Counted from the stretch's first letter, positions 28,470 to 37,979 are shown. The stretch is 64,000 nt of DNA from an uncultured Gemmataceae bacterium (GCA_963750165.1 CAVVPN010000004.1:192001-256000), one strand, 5' to 3'. The notes: generated from the letters alone by a model not told the origin. Numbers and translations are program-made.

Positions 28470-30176
28470 TCACTTGCCCTGCTCGTACACCACCTTGCCG
28501 CCGACCATCGTTAACAGCACCGCCGCCGCCGCGATGTGGTCGCGCTCCGCCGCCGCCAAAATGTCGCGCGACAGCACCACCAAATCCGCCAGTTTGCCGA
28601 CCTCCAGCGAGCCGCGCTCCTTCTCCTGGTGGGCCGCATACGCCGCCGTCAGCGTGTAGCCCTCGACCGCCTCCGCGACGGTGATGCGCTGCTCGGGGAA
28701 CCAGCCGTTGGGGTACTTGCCGTCCAGCGTCCGCCGGTTGACCGCGGCGTCGATGCCGAGCAACGGGTTCGGCGGCGCCACCGGCCAGTCCGAGCCGAAC
28801 GCCACCTTCGCCCGCGCGTCCAGCAGCGACCGCAGCGCGTACGACGACGCACACCGCTTCGCTCCGATCCGCCCCTCCGCCCAGCGGCCGTCGTCGATGA
28901 TGTGGTACGGCTGCATCGACGCGATCACGCCCAGCTCCGCGAAGCGCTTGTAATCCACCGGCCGCAGGTGCTGCGCGTGCTCGACGCGGAAGCGGCGGTC
29001 GCGCGGCCCGTTCTGCTTGATGACCTCCGCGAAAATGTCCAGCAGTTCCGCGTTGCCGCGGTCGCCGATGGCGTGGACCGCCACGCCCAGCCCCGCCCTG
29101 TCCGCGGCCAAAATGTCCTCCAGCAGCTTCGACCGCGGCCGCACGTAGATGCCGGTGCTGTTCGGCTCGTTCAGGTACGGCTCGAACATCTTCGCGGTGC
29201 TGGAGCCCAGCGAGCCGTCGATGAAGTCCTTCAACACGCCGATTTGCAGCAGCAGGTCGCCGAACCCCAGCATCACGCCGAGGTCCGCCAGCGCCCGCCA
29301 CGCCGCCAGCGGCCAGTGCAGCCGCACCCGGCACGTCAACTTGCCGGAGCTTTTCAGCTGCTGGTACACGCGGAACAACGTCCGCCGCGTCGCGGCGCCG
29401 TTGCCGTCCATGTCCTGCACGCTGGTGATGCCGTTGCGGCGCAACTCCGCCAACGATGCCAGCACCGCGGCGCGGATTTCGTCCGCGGCCGGCGGCGGCA
29501 CCAGCACGCTGACCAGGCCCATCGCGTTGTCGCGCAGCAGGCCCGTCGGCTGCTTCGTCTTCGGGTCGCGGTAGATGACGCCGCCGCTCGGGTCCTTCGT
29601 CGCCGCGGTGATGCCGGCCAGCTGCAGCGCCTTCGTGTTCGCCACTGCCATGTGGCCGTCGTAGCGGCGCAGGAACAGCGGCCGGTTCGCCACGTATTTG
29701 TCCAGCAGCGCCGCGGTCGGCAGCTTGCCGCTGAAGGTGCGGTCGTGGTCCCAGTCGCCGCTCAGCAGCCAGCGGCCCGGCGGCAACTTCGCCGCGTGGG
29801 CCTTCAGCCGCTTGCCGAACTCGGCCTCATCCTTCGCGTCCTTCAGCGACACGCGGCTGAGTTGCAGGCCGCCGCTGAGCAGGTGCAAATGGCTGTCGTG
29901 GAAGCCGGGCACGACGCGGCGCTGCTTGAGGTCCAGGAATTTCGTGTTCGGCCCAGCCAGCTTCAGCACCTCGAGATACTTGCCGACGGCGACGATACGC
30001 GCGCCGCGGATCGCCAGCGCTTCGGCCTGGGGCTGTTGCTTGTTGACCGTCCAGATTTTGCCGTTTTTGAGGATGAGGTCCGCCGCCACCGGGGCCGGGG
30101 CGTCCTGGGCAAACACGGTCGTGGGAACCGTGAAGAACAGGCAAAGAAAAATCAGCGGCGCCGGGGTGGATTTCAT
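28470..30176 (-). CDS. Secreted amidohydrolase family 3 (YtcJ-like) metallohydrolase
   Basis: Signal peptide, PGFHDSHLH, HAIGDRGN, RVEHAQ, FGSDWPV and GSLEVGKLADLVVL. Confidence 0.93.
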   Translation of the reverse strand: MKSTPAPLIFLCLFFTVPTTVFAQDAPAPVAADLILKNGKIWTVNKQQPQAEALAIRGARIVAVGKYLEVLKLAGPNTKFLDLKQRRVVPGFHDSHLHLLSGGLQLSRVSLKDAKDEAEFGKRLKAHAAKLPPGRWLLSGDWDHDRTFSGKLPTAALLDKYVANRPLFLRRYDGHMAVANTKALQLAGITAATKDPSGGVIYRDPKTKQPTGLLRDNAMGLVSVLVPPPAADEIRAAVLASLAELRRNGITSVQDMDGNGAATRRTLFRVYQQLKSSGKLTCRVRLHWPLAAWRALADLGVMLGFGDLLLQIGVLKDFIDGSLGSSTAKMFEPYLNEPNSTGIYVRPRSKLLEDILAADRAGLGVAVHAIGDRGNAELLDIFAEVIKQNGPRDRRFRVEHAQHLRPVDYKRFAELGVIASMQPYHIIDDGRWAEGRIGAKRCASSYALRSLLDARAKVAFGSDWPVAPPNPLLGIDAAVNRRTLDGKYPNGWFPEQRITVAEAVEGYTLTAAYAAHQEKERGSLEVGKLADLVVLSRDILAAAERDHIAAAAVLLTMVGGKVVYEQGK

Positions 30177-30224
30177 GCTGGATCCTCAGGCAATTGCAGG
30201 GGTTGGGGCGAAAAAATCTCGGCC

Positions 30225-30254
30225 TTGTGGGGCGGCGCGGACAGGCGTTATACT
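30225..30254 (+). promoter_or_regulatory. Candidate sigma70 promoter for the PuuD-like gene
   Basis: TTGTGG-N18-TATACT upstream of an AGGAGG RBS. Confidence 0.35.
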
Positions 30255-30364
30255 CCGCTCGACCGAGGATAACCGACTCGCTCCTCGGGGTCAAATGGCG
30301 AGGATTTTCGCCCGCCACACCACTGCGTGAGCATGAGGCTCGCGCCCGTTGCCAAGGAGGGGAA

Positions 30365-31123
30365 ATGATGGCCCACCACACGCGGCCGCTGATCGGCATC
30401 AACGCCGACTACGTGCCCGCCGGCAAGAACACCCGCGCGCACCTGCGGCTGCCGGTCGGCTACTTCGAGGCCGTGCTCACCGCCGGCGGCCTGCCGATCA
30501 TCATGCCGCTGTTCGGCAAGGAGCCGGAGATCGACGCCTTCCTTGACCGCGTGGACGGGTTCGTGCTCACCGGCGGCCTGGACCTGGACCCGCGCCGCTA
30601 CGGTCAGGCGACGCACCCGGCGGTGCAGCCGATGCCCGAGCGCCGCGATGACCACGACCGCATCCTCGTCCGCCGTCTGGTGCAGCGCCAGGTGCCGCTG
30701 CTGGCGGTCGGCCTGGGCATGCAGCAGCTCAACGTCGCCTGTGGCGGCAGTCTGTTCCTGCACCTGCCGGAGGAGCAGCCACGGGCGCTGCCGCACTGCG
30801 ACCCCTCGTGCAGCGGCCCGCACCGCCACGCCGTCCTCCTCGAAGCCGGCTCGCGCATCGACGAGATTTACGGCGGCGGCGAAATCCGCGTCAACAGCGC
30901 GCACCACCAGGCGGTCAAGCAGGTCGGCACCCGGCTGCGCGTCGGGGCGCTGGCGCCGGACGGTGTGATCGAGGCCATTGAATCGGTGGACCCGAACTGG
31001 TTCTGCGTCGGCGTGCAGTGGCACCCCGAGTCGGAGACCGCCTCGGCGCTGGACATGCAGTTGTTCGAGTGCTTCATCCAGGCGTGCCTGCGCCAGGCGC
31101 AGCCGCTGGAGATGGCGGCTTAA
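30365..31123 (+). CDS. Peptidase C26 / gamma-glutamyl-gamma-aminobutyrate hydrolase (PuuD-like) family protein, nucleophile Cys apparently absent
   Basis: RPLIGI, DGFVLTGGLD, VNSAHHQAV and GVQWHPE; AVGLGMQ where GICRGxQ is expected. Confidence 0.88.
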   Translation: MMAHHTRPLIGINADYVPAGKNTRAHLRLPVGYFEAVLTAGGLPIIMPLFGKEPEIDAFLDRVDGFVLTGGLDLDPRRYGQATHPAVQPMPERRDDHDRILVRRLVQRQVPLLAVGLGMQQLNVACGGSLFLHLPEEQPRALPHCDPSCSGPHRHAVLLEAGSRIDEIYGGGEIRVNSAHHQAVKQVGTRLRVGALAPDGVIEAIESVDPNWFCVGVQWHPESETASALDMQLFECFIQACLRQAQPLEMAA

Positions 31124-31127
31124 CAAA

Positions 31128-31205
31128 GATGAGGGGGTGAGGGGGTGAAAAACCCTGGCTCACCCGGTCACCCCCTCACCCCCTCACCCCCTCACCCCCC
31201 TCATC
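31128..31205. repeat. Inverted arrays of 8-bp TCACCCCC microrepeats
   Basis: gatgagggggtgagggggtga facing about five tcaccccc units. Confidence 0.85.
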
Positions 31206-31208
31206 GAA

Positions 31209-32435
31209 ATGACTCGTCGCTGGATCATCGGCCTGGCGTCCGGCTCCACGGTGGACGGCGTGGACGCCGCCCTGCTGGAACTCGACGGCGTCGGCCTCGA
31301 CCTGCGCCTCCGGCCGCTGCACACCCTGCACCTGCCCTACCCGCGCGACCTGCGCGAACTGCTGCTGCGCGTCGGCCACGCGGAGCAGTCGAGCGTTCGG
31401 CAATCGAGTCTGCTACACCGGTTGCTCGGCGAGACCTTCGCCGCGGCCGCCCGCCAGGTCGCCGACCAGGCCAGCTTCAGCCTGCAAAAAGTCCAGTGCG
31501 TCGGCTGCCCCGGTCACACCGTCTGGCACGAACCGGAGGGCCGCTACCCGTCCACGCTGCCGCTCGGCATGGCTGCGGTCGTCGCCGAGCGCACCGGCCT
31601 GACGGTGGTCAGCGACTTCCGCGCCCGCGACGTGGCGGCGGGCGGCCAGGGTGTGCCGCTCTGCGCGCTGGTCGATTATCTGCTGTTCCGCGACGCTGGC
31701 GAGCATCGGTTGCTACTGCACCTGGGCGGTCTGACGACGGCAGTGTTCCTGCCGGCGGCCGGTTCGCCACGGCAGGTGCTCGGCTTCCAGGCGGGGCCGT
31801 GCAACGTGCTGCTCGACGGCCTCATCCGCGCCCTGACCGCCGGCCGCGAGATGTTTGACGCTGGCGGCAAGCACGCGGTGCAGGGTTGCTGCATTGAGGA
31901 GTTACTGGAGCGCTGGCTGGCGCACCCGCTGTTGCAGCGACGGGCGCCGTGCAGTCTGCCGCCGCAGGGCTTCGGTGACGGCTTCGTGCGGCAGACGCTC
32001 CAGCAGGCGGTGGAGCGGCGCTGGGGCCTGCACGACCTGCTGTGTACGGCGACGCACTTCGTCGCCCGGGCGATTCAGCGTGCCGTCGGCCGCCTGTTGC
32101 CGGTGGCGCCGGGGCGTGTGCTGCTCAGCGGCGGCGGCGTGCGCAACGGGCTGCTGTGGCACCTGCTGGGGCAGCAGTTCGCGGGCGTCCCGCTGGAGCG
32201 CATCGACGGCCACGGCGTACCGAGCGGGGCGCGCAAGGCGGTGACCTACGGCGGCCTGGCGGCGCTGACAGTCGATGGCGTGCCGGCCAACTTGATGACC
32301 GTGACCGGCGCCGCCGGCGCTCGCCTGCTGGGCAGCCTGACGCCGGGCTCCACCGGCAACTGGGCGCACTGCGCCGCGTGGATGGCGACGCAGACCGCGC
32401 CGCTGCGAGCGCTGGCGCTGCGCGAGGTGGATTGA
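31209..32435 (+). CDS. anmK: Anhydro-N-acetylmuramic acid kinase homologue (divergent)
   Basis: IGLASGSTVDGVDAAL, VSDFRARDVAAGGQGVPL, GPCNVLLD and SGGGVRN. Confidence 0.85.
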   Translation: MTRRWIIGLASGSTVDGVDAALLELDGVGLDLRLRPLHTLHLPYPRDLRELLLRVGHAEQSSVRQSSLLHRLLGETFAAAARQVADQASFSLQKVQCVGCPGHTVWHEPEGRYPSTLPLGMAAVVAERTGLTVVSDFRARDVAAGGQGVPLCALVDYLLFRDAGEHRLLLHLGGLTTAVFLPAAGSPRQVLGFQAGPCNVLLDGLIRALTAGREMFDAGGKHAVQGCCIEELLERWLAHPLLQRRAPCSLPPQGFGDGFVRQTLQQAVERRWGLHDLLCTATHFVARAIQRAVGRLLPVAPGRVLLSGGGVRNGLLWHLLGQQFAGVPLERIDGHGVPSGARKAVTYGGLAALTVDGVPANLMTVTGAAGARLLGSLTPGSTGNWAHCAAWMATQTAPLRALALREVD

Positions 32436-32512
32436 AGAAACGAACATTCACCACAGAGAACGCGGAGCGCGCACGGGTGGGGGGGTGGCACGGCGCGACC
32501 ACCACCGGCGGC

Positions 32513-32580
32513 GGTTGCCACAGCAAGAACGCCAAGGATGCCAAGAACGCCAACTTTTTCACACGTCGAGAATCGGCACC
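32513..32580 (+). repeat. Dispersed ~69-bp element, copy 3 (at the left edge of the accessory locus)
   Basis: ggttgccacagcaagaacgccaaggatgccaagaacgccaactttttcacacgtcgagaatcggcacc. Confidence 0.85.
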
Positions 32581-32626
32581 TGGCAGCGCCGGCCTGCCGT
32601 TCGTGGTCCTTGCGACGGCAAACTGC

Positions 32627-33415
32627 TTAGCCGAATCGATTGCCGGCGCGGACTCGTTTGCGCCATCGGTAACCCATTAATCCCAAACTCGCCAGCACAA
32701 TTAAAGCGAAGCTGGAAGGCTCAGGCGTGGCAGGTGGGCCGCCACCTCCACTGGAGGAGGTGTTCTCAACCACGTCAGAAATGGAAATGGTGCTGTTTTC
32801 GCTGGTGCTTCCCTCGATAATCCGAAACAAGATCACGGCGGTTTGGCCGTCAAACGGGGAAAGACCGCTAATGGTCACGGTGTTGGGGAATGGACCACCA
32901 GTAAGCGTCACCATCGAACCGAGCTCGGGCGGGTCCGCCGCTGAAGTGATGCCTGGTGTTATGTCGTTCGTATAAAACGAATCGGAGCCGGCCACGGCAG
33001 GCAGCAACGGATTGCCTGTGGTCGCGTAGATGAGGGATGCTCCAAAGGAGTCCGGAATTTCGCCACTCGGAAGCGGATTGGTCGAATCGCTGAAGGCGCC
33101 ATTAATTGTGAACGACAGGCTCTGAACATTGTCGCCAATTGTGAACACCTGAAAAAGGTCGGTTTCGATTGTAAAGGATTGGTTGAAAGGATCCAGCATG
33201 GTTGCCACCCCACCGGACACAATCACCTGGCCAGTAAGTGGATCACCGGGCGAGGAAGAGCTCCACCCGTCCGTGACCTGCCAAGATTGAAGCCCATCGC
33301 CGCCTTGCGAAAAGTTGCCATTTAGCAAGCCAGCTCGCGCATGCCCTGGCTGCAAAAGAAAACCTGCGGCGACAAAAAGGGGCAACAGCAGGGCCTTCAG
33401 GTAGTTGCGCAGCAT
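32627..33415 (-). CDS. PEP-CTERM sorting-domain exoprotein
   Basis: Signal peptide MLRNYLKALLLPLFVAAGFLLQPGHARA; C-terminal TPEPSSFALIVLASLGLMGYRWRKR (PEP + TM + basic cluster). Confidence 0.92.
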   Translation of the reverse strand: MLRNYLKALLLPLFVAAGFLLQPGHARAGLLNGNFSQGGDGLQSWQVTDGWSSSSPGDPLTGQVIVSGGVATMLDPFNQSFTIETDLFQVFTIGDNVQSLSFTINGAFSDSTNPLPSGEIPDSFGASLIYATTGNPLLPAVAGSDSFYTNDITPGITSAADPPELGSMVTLTGGPFPNTVTISGLSPFDGQTAVILFRIIEGSTSENSTISISDVVENTSSSGGGGPPATPEPSSFALIVLASLGLMGYRWRKRVRAGNRFG

Positions 33416-33459
33416 GGTTCGAACCTCTCGATTACCCGGATCTCTTGACTCACCCTCAA

Positions 33460-36400
33460 TTAGGGTTGCCTCGTCTTTGCCTGCAGATCCAGCTCTGCAA
33501 GATCGGCGGCCACCTGTTCTTTCGAAGCTGCCTTCCATAAGCGCAGCACAGGGCTTATACCCCCACTCGCCAGGGTGTTCCCGTCGGGGGAGAACGCCAG
33601 GGCATACATCCAATGTTCTTGACGATAAAGCGTCCGCAGCTCGCGGCCCGTGCCGCTATCCCAGAGCTTGATCGAGCCGTCGCAACTCGCGGTTGCCAGG
33701 GTACGCCCGTCCGGAGACAAAACCAGGACGGAAATGAGACCAATGTGGCCGTGCATTTGCCGTACCAGCGCTCCCGTCCGCACATTCCACAGGTCGATCC
33801 TTCCGGACCCGCTACCCGTGGCCAACAGGTTGTCCGCTCGGTCGCCCAGTGGACTGGCCGCGCCGAGCAGGCCGCCCGGAAGGAACAAGATGGCACCATA
33901 GCCCGTACCAGCCGGCCCCTGCCAACGGCTGACCTCGTCCCAGCTGGAGGTGTCCCACAACCAGATGGTGCCGTTGTGCCCCGCCGCTGCCAGGAGCTTG
34001 CCGTCGGCGGAGAAGGCGACGGCGTTCACCTGCGTGGGAGTGGCAAAGCTCCGGTGTTCCTTGCGCTGGGCGACGTCGAACACCATCACTTTTTGGGGCG
34101 CGTCAACGGCGTAATTGTGCGGCCCCCCAACGCCGACGGCGAGCCAACGACTGTCCGGGGAAAACGCCAGCGCGCCGATCTCGGCACCCCTCTCCGAGAT
34201 CAGCGCATGGTAATTCGGGTCCGCCATCCGGTCGGCGAGCTTCGGTTCCGTGAGGGTGCCCAGGTGGGCTCCGGTTTTTGCGTCCCAAAGGCTCAGGCGC
34301 TGGTCCGGCCCACCGGCAATCATGCGACCGTCCGGGGAAAAAACGGCCCGCCTCGACGGCCGGGTGGTGAGCAAGCGCGGCGGGTCCGCGGACATCAAAT
34401 CATGGACGTGAATTCCTGCGCTCATCGAGGCTTCGACCAGGTAGCGGCCGTCCGGCGAATAGCCCAGGGCGTCGATTTGACTTCGGCCTAATGGCAGTAC
34501 CTGGGCTTCCTCCTGATCGGCCACGTCCCAGCAGCGCGCCGTCCTGTCGTGGCCAACCGAGATGAGTTTACGCCCGTCCGCAGTGAACGCCAGCGCTGCG
34601 ATCGCGCCCTGGTGCCCCTTCAACTTGCGTGCGAGTGATTGCCCGGTCGCGATTGGCACGGGCTCTCTCGCGGCGGCTAGCTCTTCCGTCGGCAATACCG
34701 GTCTGGAGAGGCGCCAGAGTATGACCTGGCCGGTGCTTTTGCCGGCGACCGTATGCCAGCGCATGAAGAAGTGCCACAGCGTGACCAGGCCGGTCCTTTC
34801 CCCCACCGCCAGATGATTGCCGGCGGGGGAAAAAGTGACACGAACCGCTGGACTTCGCGAGCGCACGAATCCCAGCCACTTGCCTGTTGTTGTGTCGTAC
34901 AAATCGACGAAGTTGCCGTGATGAGGCACCGCTGCCAGTTTTCCATCCGGAGAGATGGCTCCTTGTAATCTGTCAAAGCCACCCCTGGCCTCTTCATCGC
35001 TAAGCACGATCGGTTTTTCTTTCTCCAGGTGGTAAAGGACCACCAGCGTGCCCTTGTCTCCCATCGACGCCAGGAGCTGCTTGCCGTCCAGGGACAGATC
35101 GATTTGCCGCGCCGTCGGGTCGAGCATGCGCTGGTCGTAAAGTCGCTTGCCAGTCGCCACCTCCCAGACCCGGGCGTGCCTGTCGCGGCCCACGCCGGCC
35201 AGAAAGCGTCCGTCAGCGGACAGCTTCAGGTTAACCAGGGGGGATGGCATGCGCAACTGCACTTTCTGCGCACCGGTCTGGACATCAAAAACTTTCGGCG
35301 CACCGTCCCGATCGATGATCGCCGCCACTTCACCGTTGCGCGCGAGCGTTACGCTGAGCCCACCTCCCACGGCGAGGGTCAATGCTTCACGCGCCGTGCG
35401 GTCGCCGATCCGCCACACACGCACCTTGCCGCTCGCGTCGAGGGTAACCACTCGGCCGTCGGCGGCAACACCGGCCACGCGGGGGACGACGGGCAAGCGC
35501 ACGACCGAATCCAGGTGCAACAGCCGCCACTGGTAACGCCAACAGAACTCGCGCAGGTCCGGCTGCCCAGGCCCAGGGACATGCGCGAGCAGCAACTCCT
35601 GGCACTGCGAAGCGGTTCCCTCTCCGGACTGCCACACCTGGGACGCCAGGTGGAGGTGCTCGGAATAAAGCAGCCTGCGATTGCGGTCGGCTTCGTTGAG
35701 AGCATCCAGTTCGGCCTGGGTTGCCCGACGTGCTTGCCAGGTGGCCACGATGCCGCCCACCAGAGCCAGGAGGACGGTGGCGGCCAGGACGAGCTGGACC
35801 CGGCGGCGCTTCCGCTGTTCGACAGCGCGTGCTTCGGCAGTCGCGCGCGCGAGTTCCGCCTGGCGTGCGCGTTCCTCGACATCGGCCAGGAAGCCGGCGA
35901 CCGTGGCCGCCACCGCGCCCGCATCCCGCGGCCGCGTTTCGCGCTGGGCCGTCAAGCACCGCCGGCACAATTCCACCAGCCTGGGGTCCGCGCCACACTG
36001 CTCGAGCCGGGCCCAGGCACCCGCGAGTGTTCCGCGAATCGCCATCAACCGCACCTCCTCGGCCGAGTTCCCGATATATGGAGGCTCTCCGGTCAGAATG
36101 ACACAGAGGATGGCGCCAAGCCCGAACACATCCGTGCGCTCGTCGATGCGTTCGACCTCGCCGCCCGCCTGCTCGGGGGCCAGGAACGCCGGTGTGCCGA
36201 GCATGCTGCCGGCGAGCGTATCGCAATCGTGTTCGCGCGCGGTGTGGATGACGGTCCCGTCGCCTGGTTCCGTGTCCAGCGCGGGCTGGCGCACGGCCGG
36301 GCCGTCGGCCGGCAAGAGCTTGGCCAGGCCCCAGTCCATCACCTGCACCTCGCCGAACGCCCCCACCATGATGTTGGCCGGCTTCAGGTCGCGGTGCAGG

Positions 36401-36976
36401 ACGTACTTGCTGTGGGCATAACCGACTGCCTGGCAAAGCTGCTCAAACACCGCCAGGAATCGGCCGCGGTCGCTGGCCAGGTCCGAGCGTTCCGCGAGCA
36501 ACTCTTCCAGGGTTCTGCCCTTGATTAGCTTCATCGCCAGGTAAGGGCGCCCATCAGCCAACCGGCCGACTTCGAACACTGGCGGAATGCCGGGGTGCTG
36601 GAGCTGGGCCGTGATGCGCGCCTCGTCCAGGAAGCGCTGGGCCACGAGGGCATCCGCCAGGTAACGCTCGTGAAGAACCTTGACGGCGACATCCCGGCCA
36701 AGCGACTCATCGCGCGCCGAGTAGACGATGCCCATACCGCCGCGCGCCAGCTCCCGGTCCAGCTGAAAGCGGCCGGCGCCGCGGCGGGCTGGACGCGCCC
36801 GTCACATCGACCGCGGGGGCTTCGAGAAACGTTCCCAGTTCCGGAAACACCTGCAGCATGCTTTCCACATGCCGCTTCAGGGAGGCGTTGCCGGCGCAAA
36901 CCTTCTCGAGGTAGGCTGAACGCTCGGCGGCATTGGTGAGTTCGATGGCTCCATGCAAGATGTCGCGCTCGGTCAC
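33460..36976 (-). CDS. Hanks-type Ser/Thr protein kinase with TM helix and WD40 beta-propellers; apparent frameshift at ~36780
   Basis: N-terminus MTERDILHGAIEL...ERSAYLEKVCAGN (36707 ORF) joins RFQLDRELARGGMGIVY; VAVK, HRDLKPAN, DWGLAK, GTPAFLAPEQ; many AFSPDG/WD repeats. Confidence 0.93.
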
Positions 36977-37007
36977 GGATCTTCTCCTCCACCTTCTACC
37001 CGACGCT

Positions 37008-37046
37008 TATAGTGGCGAATTCCGCGGCGGCTTTTCGCCAAAAAAC
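37008..37046 (-). promoter_or_regulatory. 39-bp element, left copy (candidate ECF promoter for the kinase operon)
   Basis: On the minus strand it reads gttttttggcgaaaagccgccgcggaattcgccactata, about 30 bp upstream of the kinase start. Confidence 0.7.
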
Positions 37047-37069
37047 TGCTTTCCCTTCCTTGAGTTTCC

Positions 37070-37629
37070 TCAATCCTGCCACTTTTTCAGCTCGGCAAGC
37101 AGGAACACGCGTGCATAGGTCCAGACGCGGTCGGCGGTGCGGGGCGAGATGTCCAGGGCGGCCGCGGCCTGTGCCGAGGTGAGTCCGGCAAAAAAACGCA
37201 GTTTGACCAGTTGCGCCGCTTCCGCGTCATGAGCCGCGAGATGCTCCAGGGCCTCGTCCAGGGCGACCAGGTCTTCGCCCACTTTGGGGGCCATGACACT
37301 GGCTTCGTCGAGCGGTTCACGAACGCGGTCGCCGCCGTGCTTCAGGCTCTGTTTTTTCCGTGCGCGGTCCACCAGAATGCGGCGCATCGCCTCGGCGGCC
37401 GCGGCAAAGAAATGACCGCAGCTGTTCCAGTGCTGCGCTTTGGTTTCCACCAGCCGCAAGTAGGCTTCATGGACCAGAGCGGTAGCTTGCAAGGTCTGCC
37501 CGGGCGCTCCTGCGCCAGCTTCGCGGCGGCCAGCTCGCGCAGCGCCTCGTACACCAGCGGAAACAGCTGGTCGGCAGCGCGCGTGTCGCCCTGCTCAATG
37601 GCCGACAGGATTTCCGTGACACTATCCAT
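37070..37629 (-). CDS. ECF RNA polymerase sigma factor, kinase-associated planctomycete type (TIGR02999-like); apparent frameshift at ~37500
   Basis: [33 protein letters not shown] joined to [16 protein letters not shown]...[19 protein letters not shown]...[10 protein letters not shown]...[14 protein letters not shown]. Confidence 0.93.
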
Positions 37630-37691
37630 GGATGCCTTGTCTTGGACACGTCCCCACATCCTTCATGAATGCCTTGTATTAGACACGTCCC
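37627..37691. repeat. 28-bp direct repeat (period 37) overlapping and upstream of the ECF start codon
   Basis: catggatgccttgtcttggacacgtccc versus catgaatgccttgtattagacacgtccc (3 mismatches). Confidence 0.8.
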
Positions 37692-37752
37692 GGCGCTGCT
37701 TCGCAAGAGTTTGCCGCAAGCCGCCGACAAAGTCGGTGAGTTCCATGAAAAA

Positions 37753-37791
37753 GTTTTTTGGCGAAAAGCCGCCGCGGAATCCGCCATTATA
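37753..37791 (+). promoter_or_regulatory. 39-bp element, right copy (candidate ECF promoter for the giant exoprotein)
   Basis: gttttttggcgaaaagccgccgcggaatccgccattata, 37/39 identical to the reverse complement of 37008-37046. Confidence 0.7.
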
Positions 37792-37979
37792 CGTGCAAGC
37801 TGTCCGCGTTCATGACCTGACAAGACTGGCCGACACGTAGCGTCTCGCCGGCCCCGCTTCGCCCAGGCGCTGACGGTACGCGCCGGCCCTGGCACGCAAC
37901 ACAGACACTGGGTCGGATTTGTCGCAGAGGTGTAACGACGAACGGCTTTCGGCTCACATCAAGCCGCGGAGGACCCCAA

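Noticed and set aside
32436..32626. Integrative-element attachment site at the left edge of the accessory locus
   Set aside because: No integrase, transposase, tRNA or matching att repeat is visible in the window.
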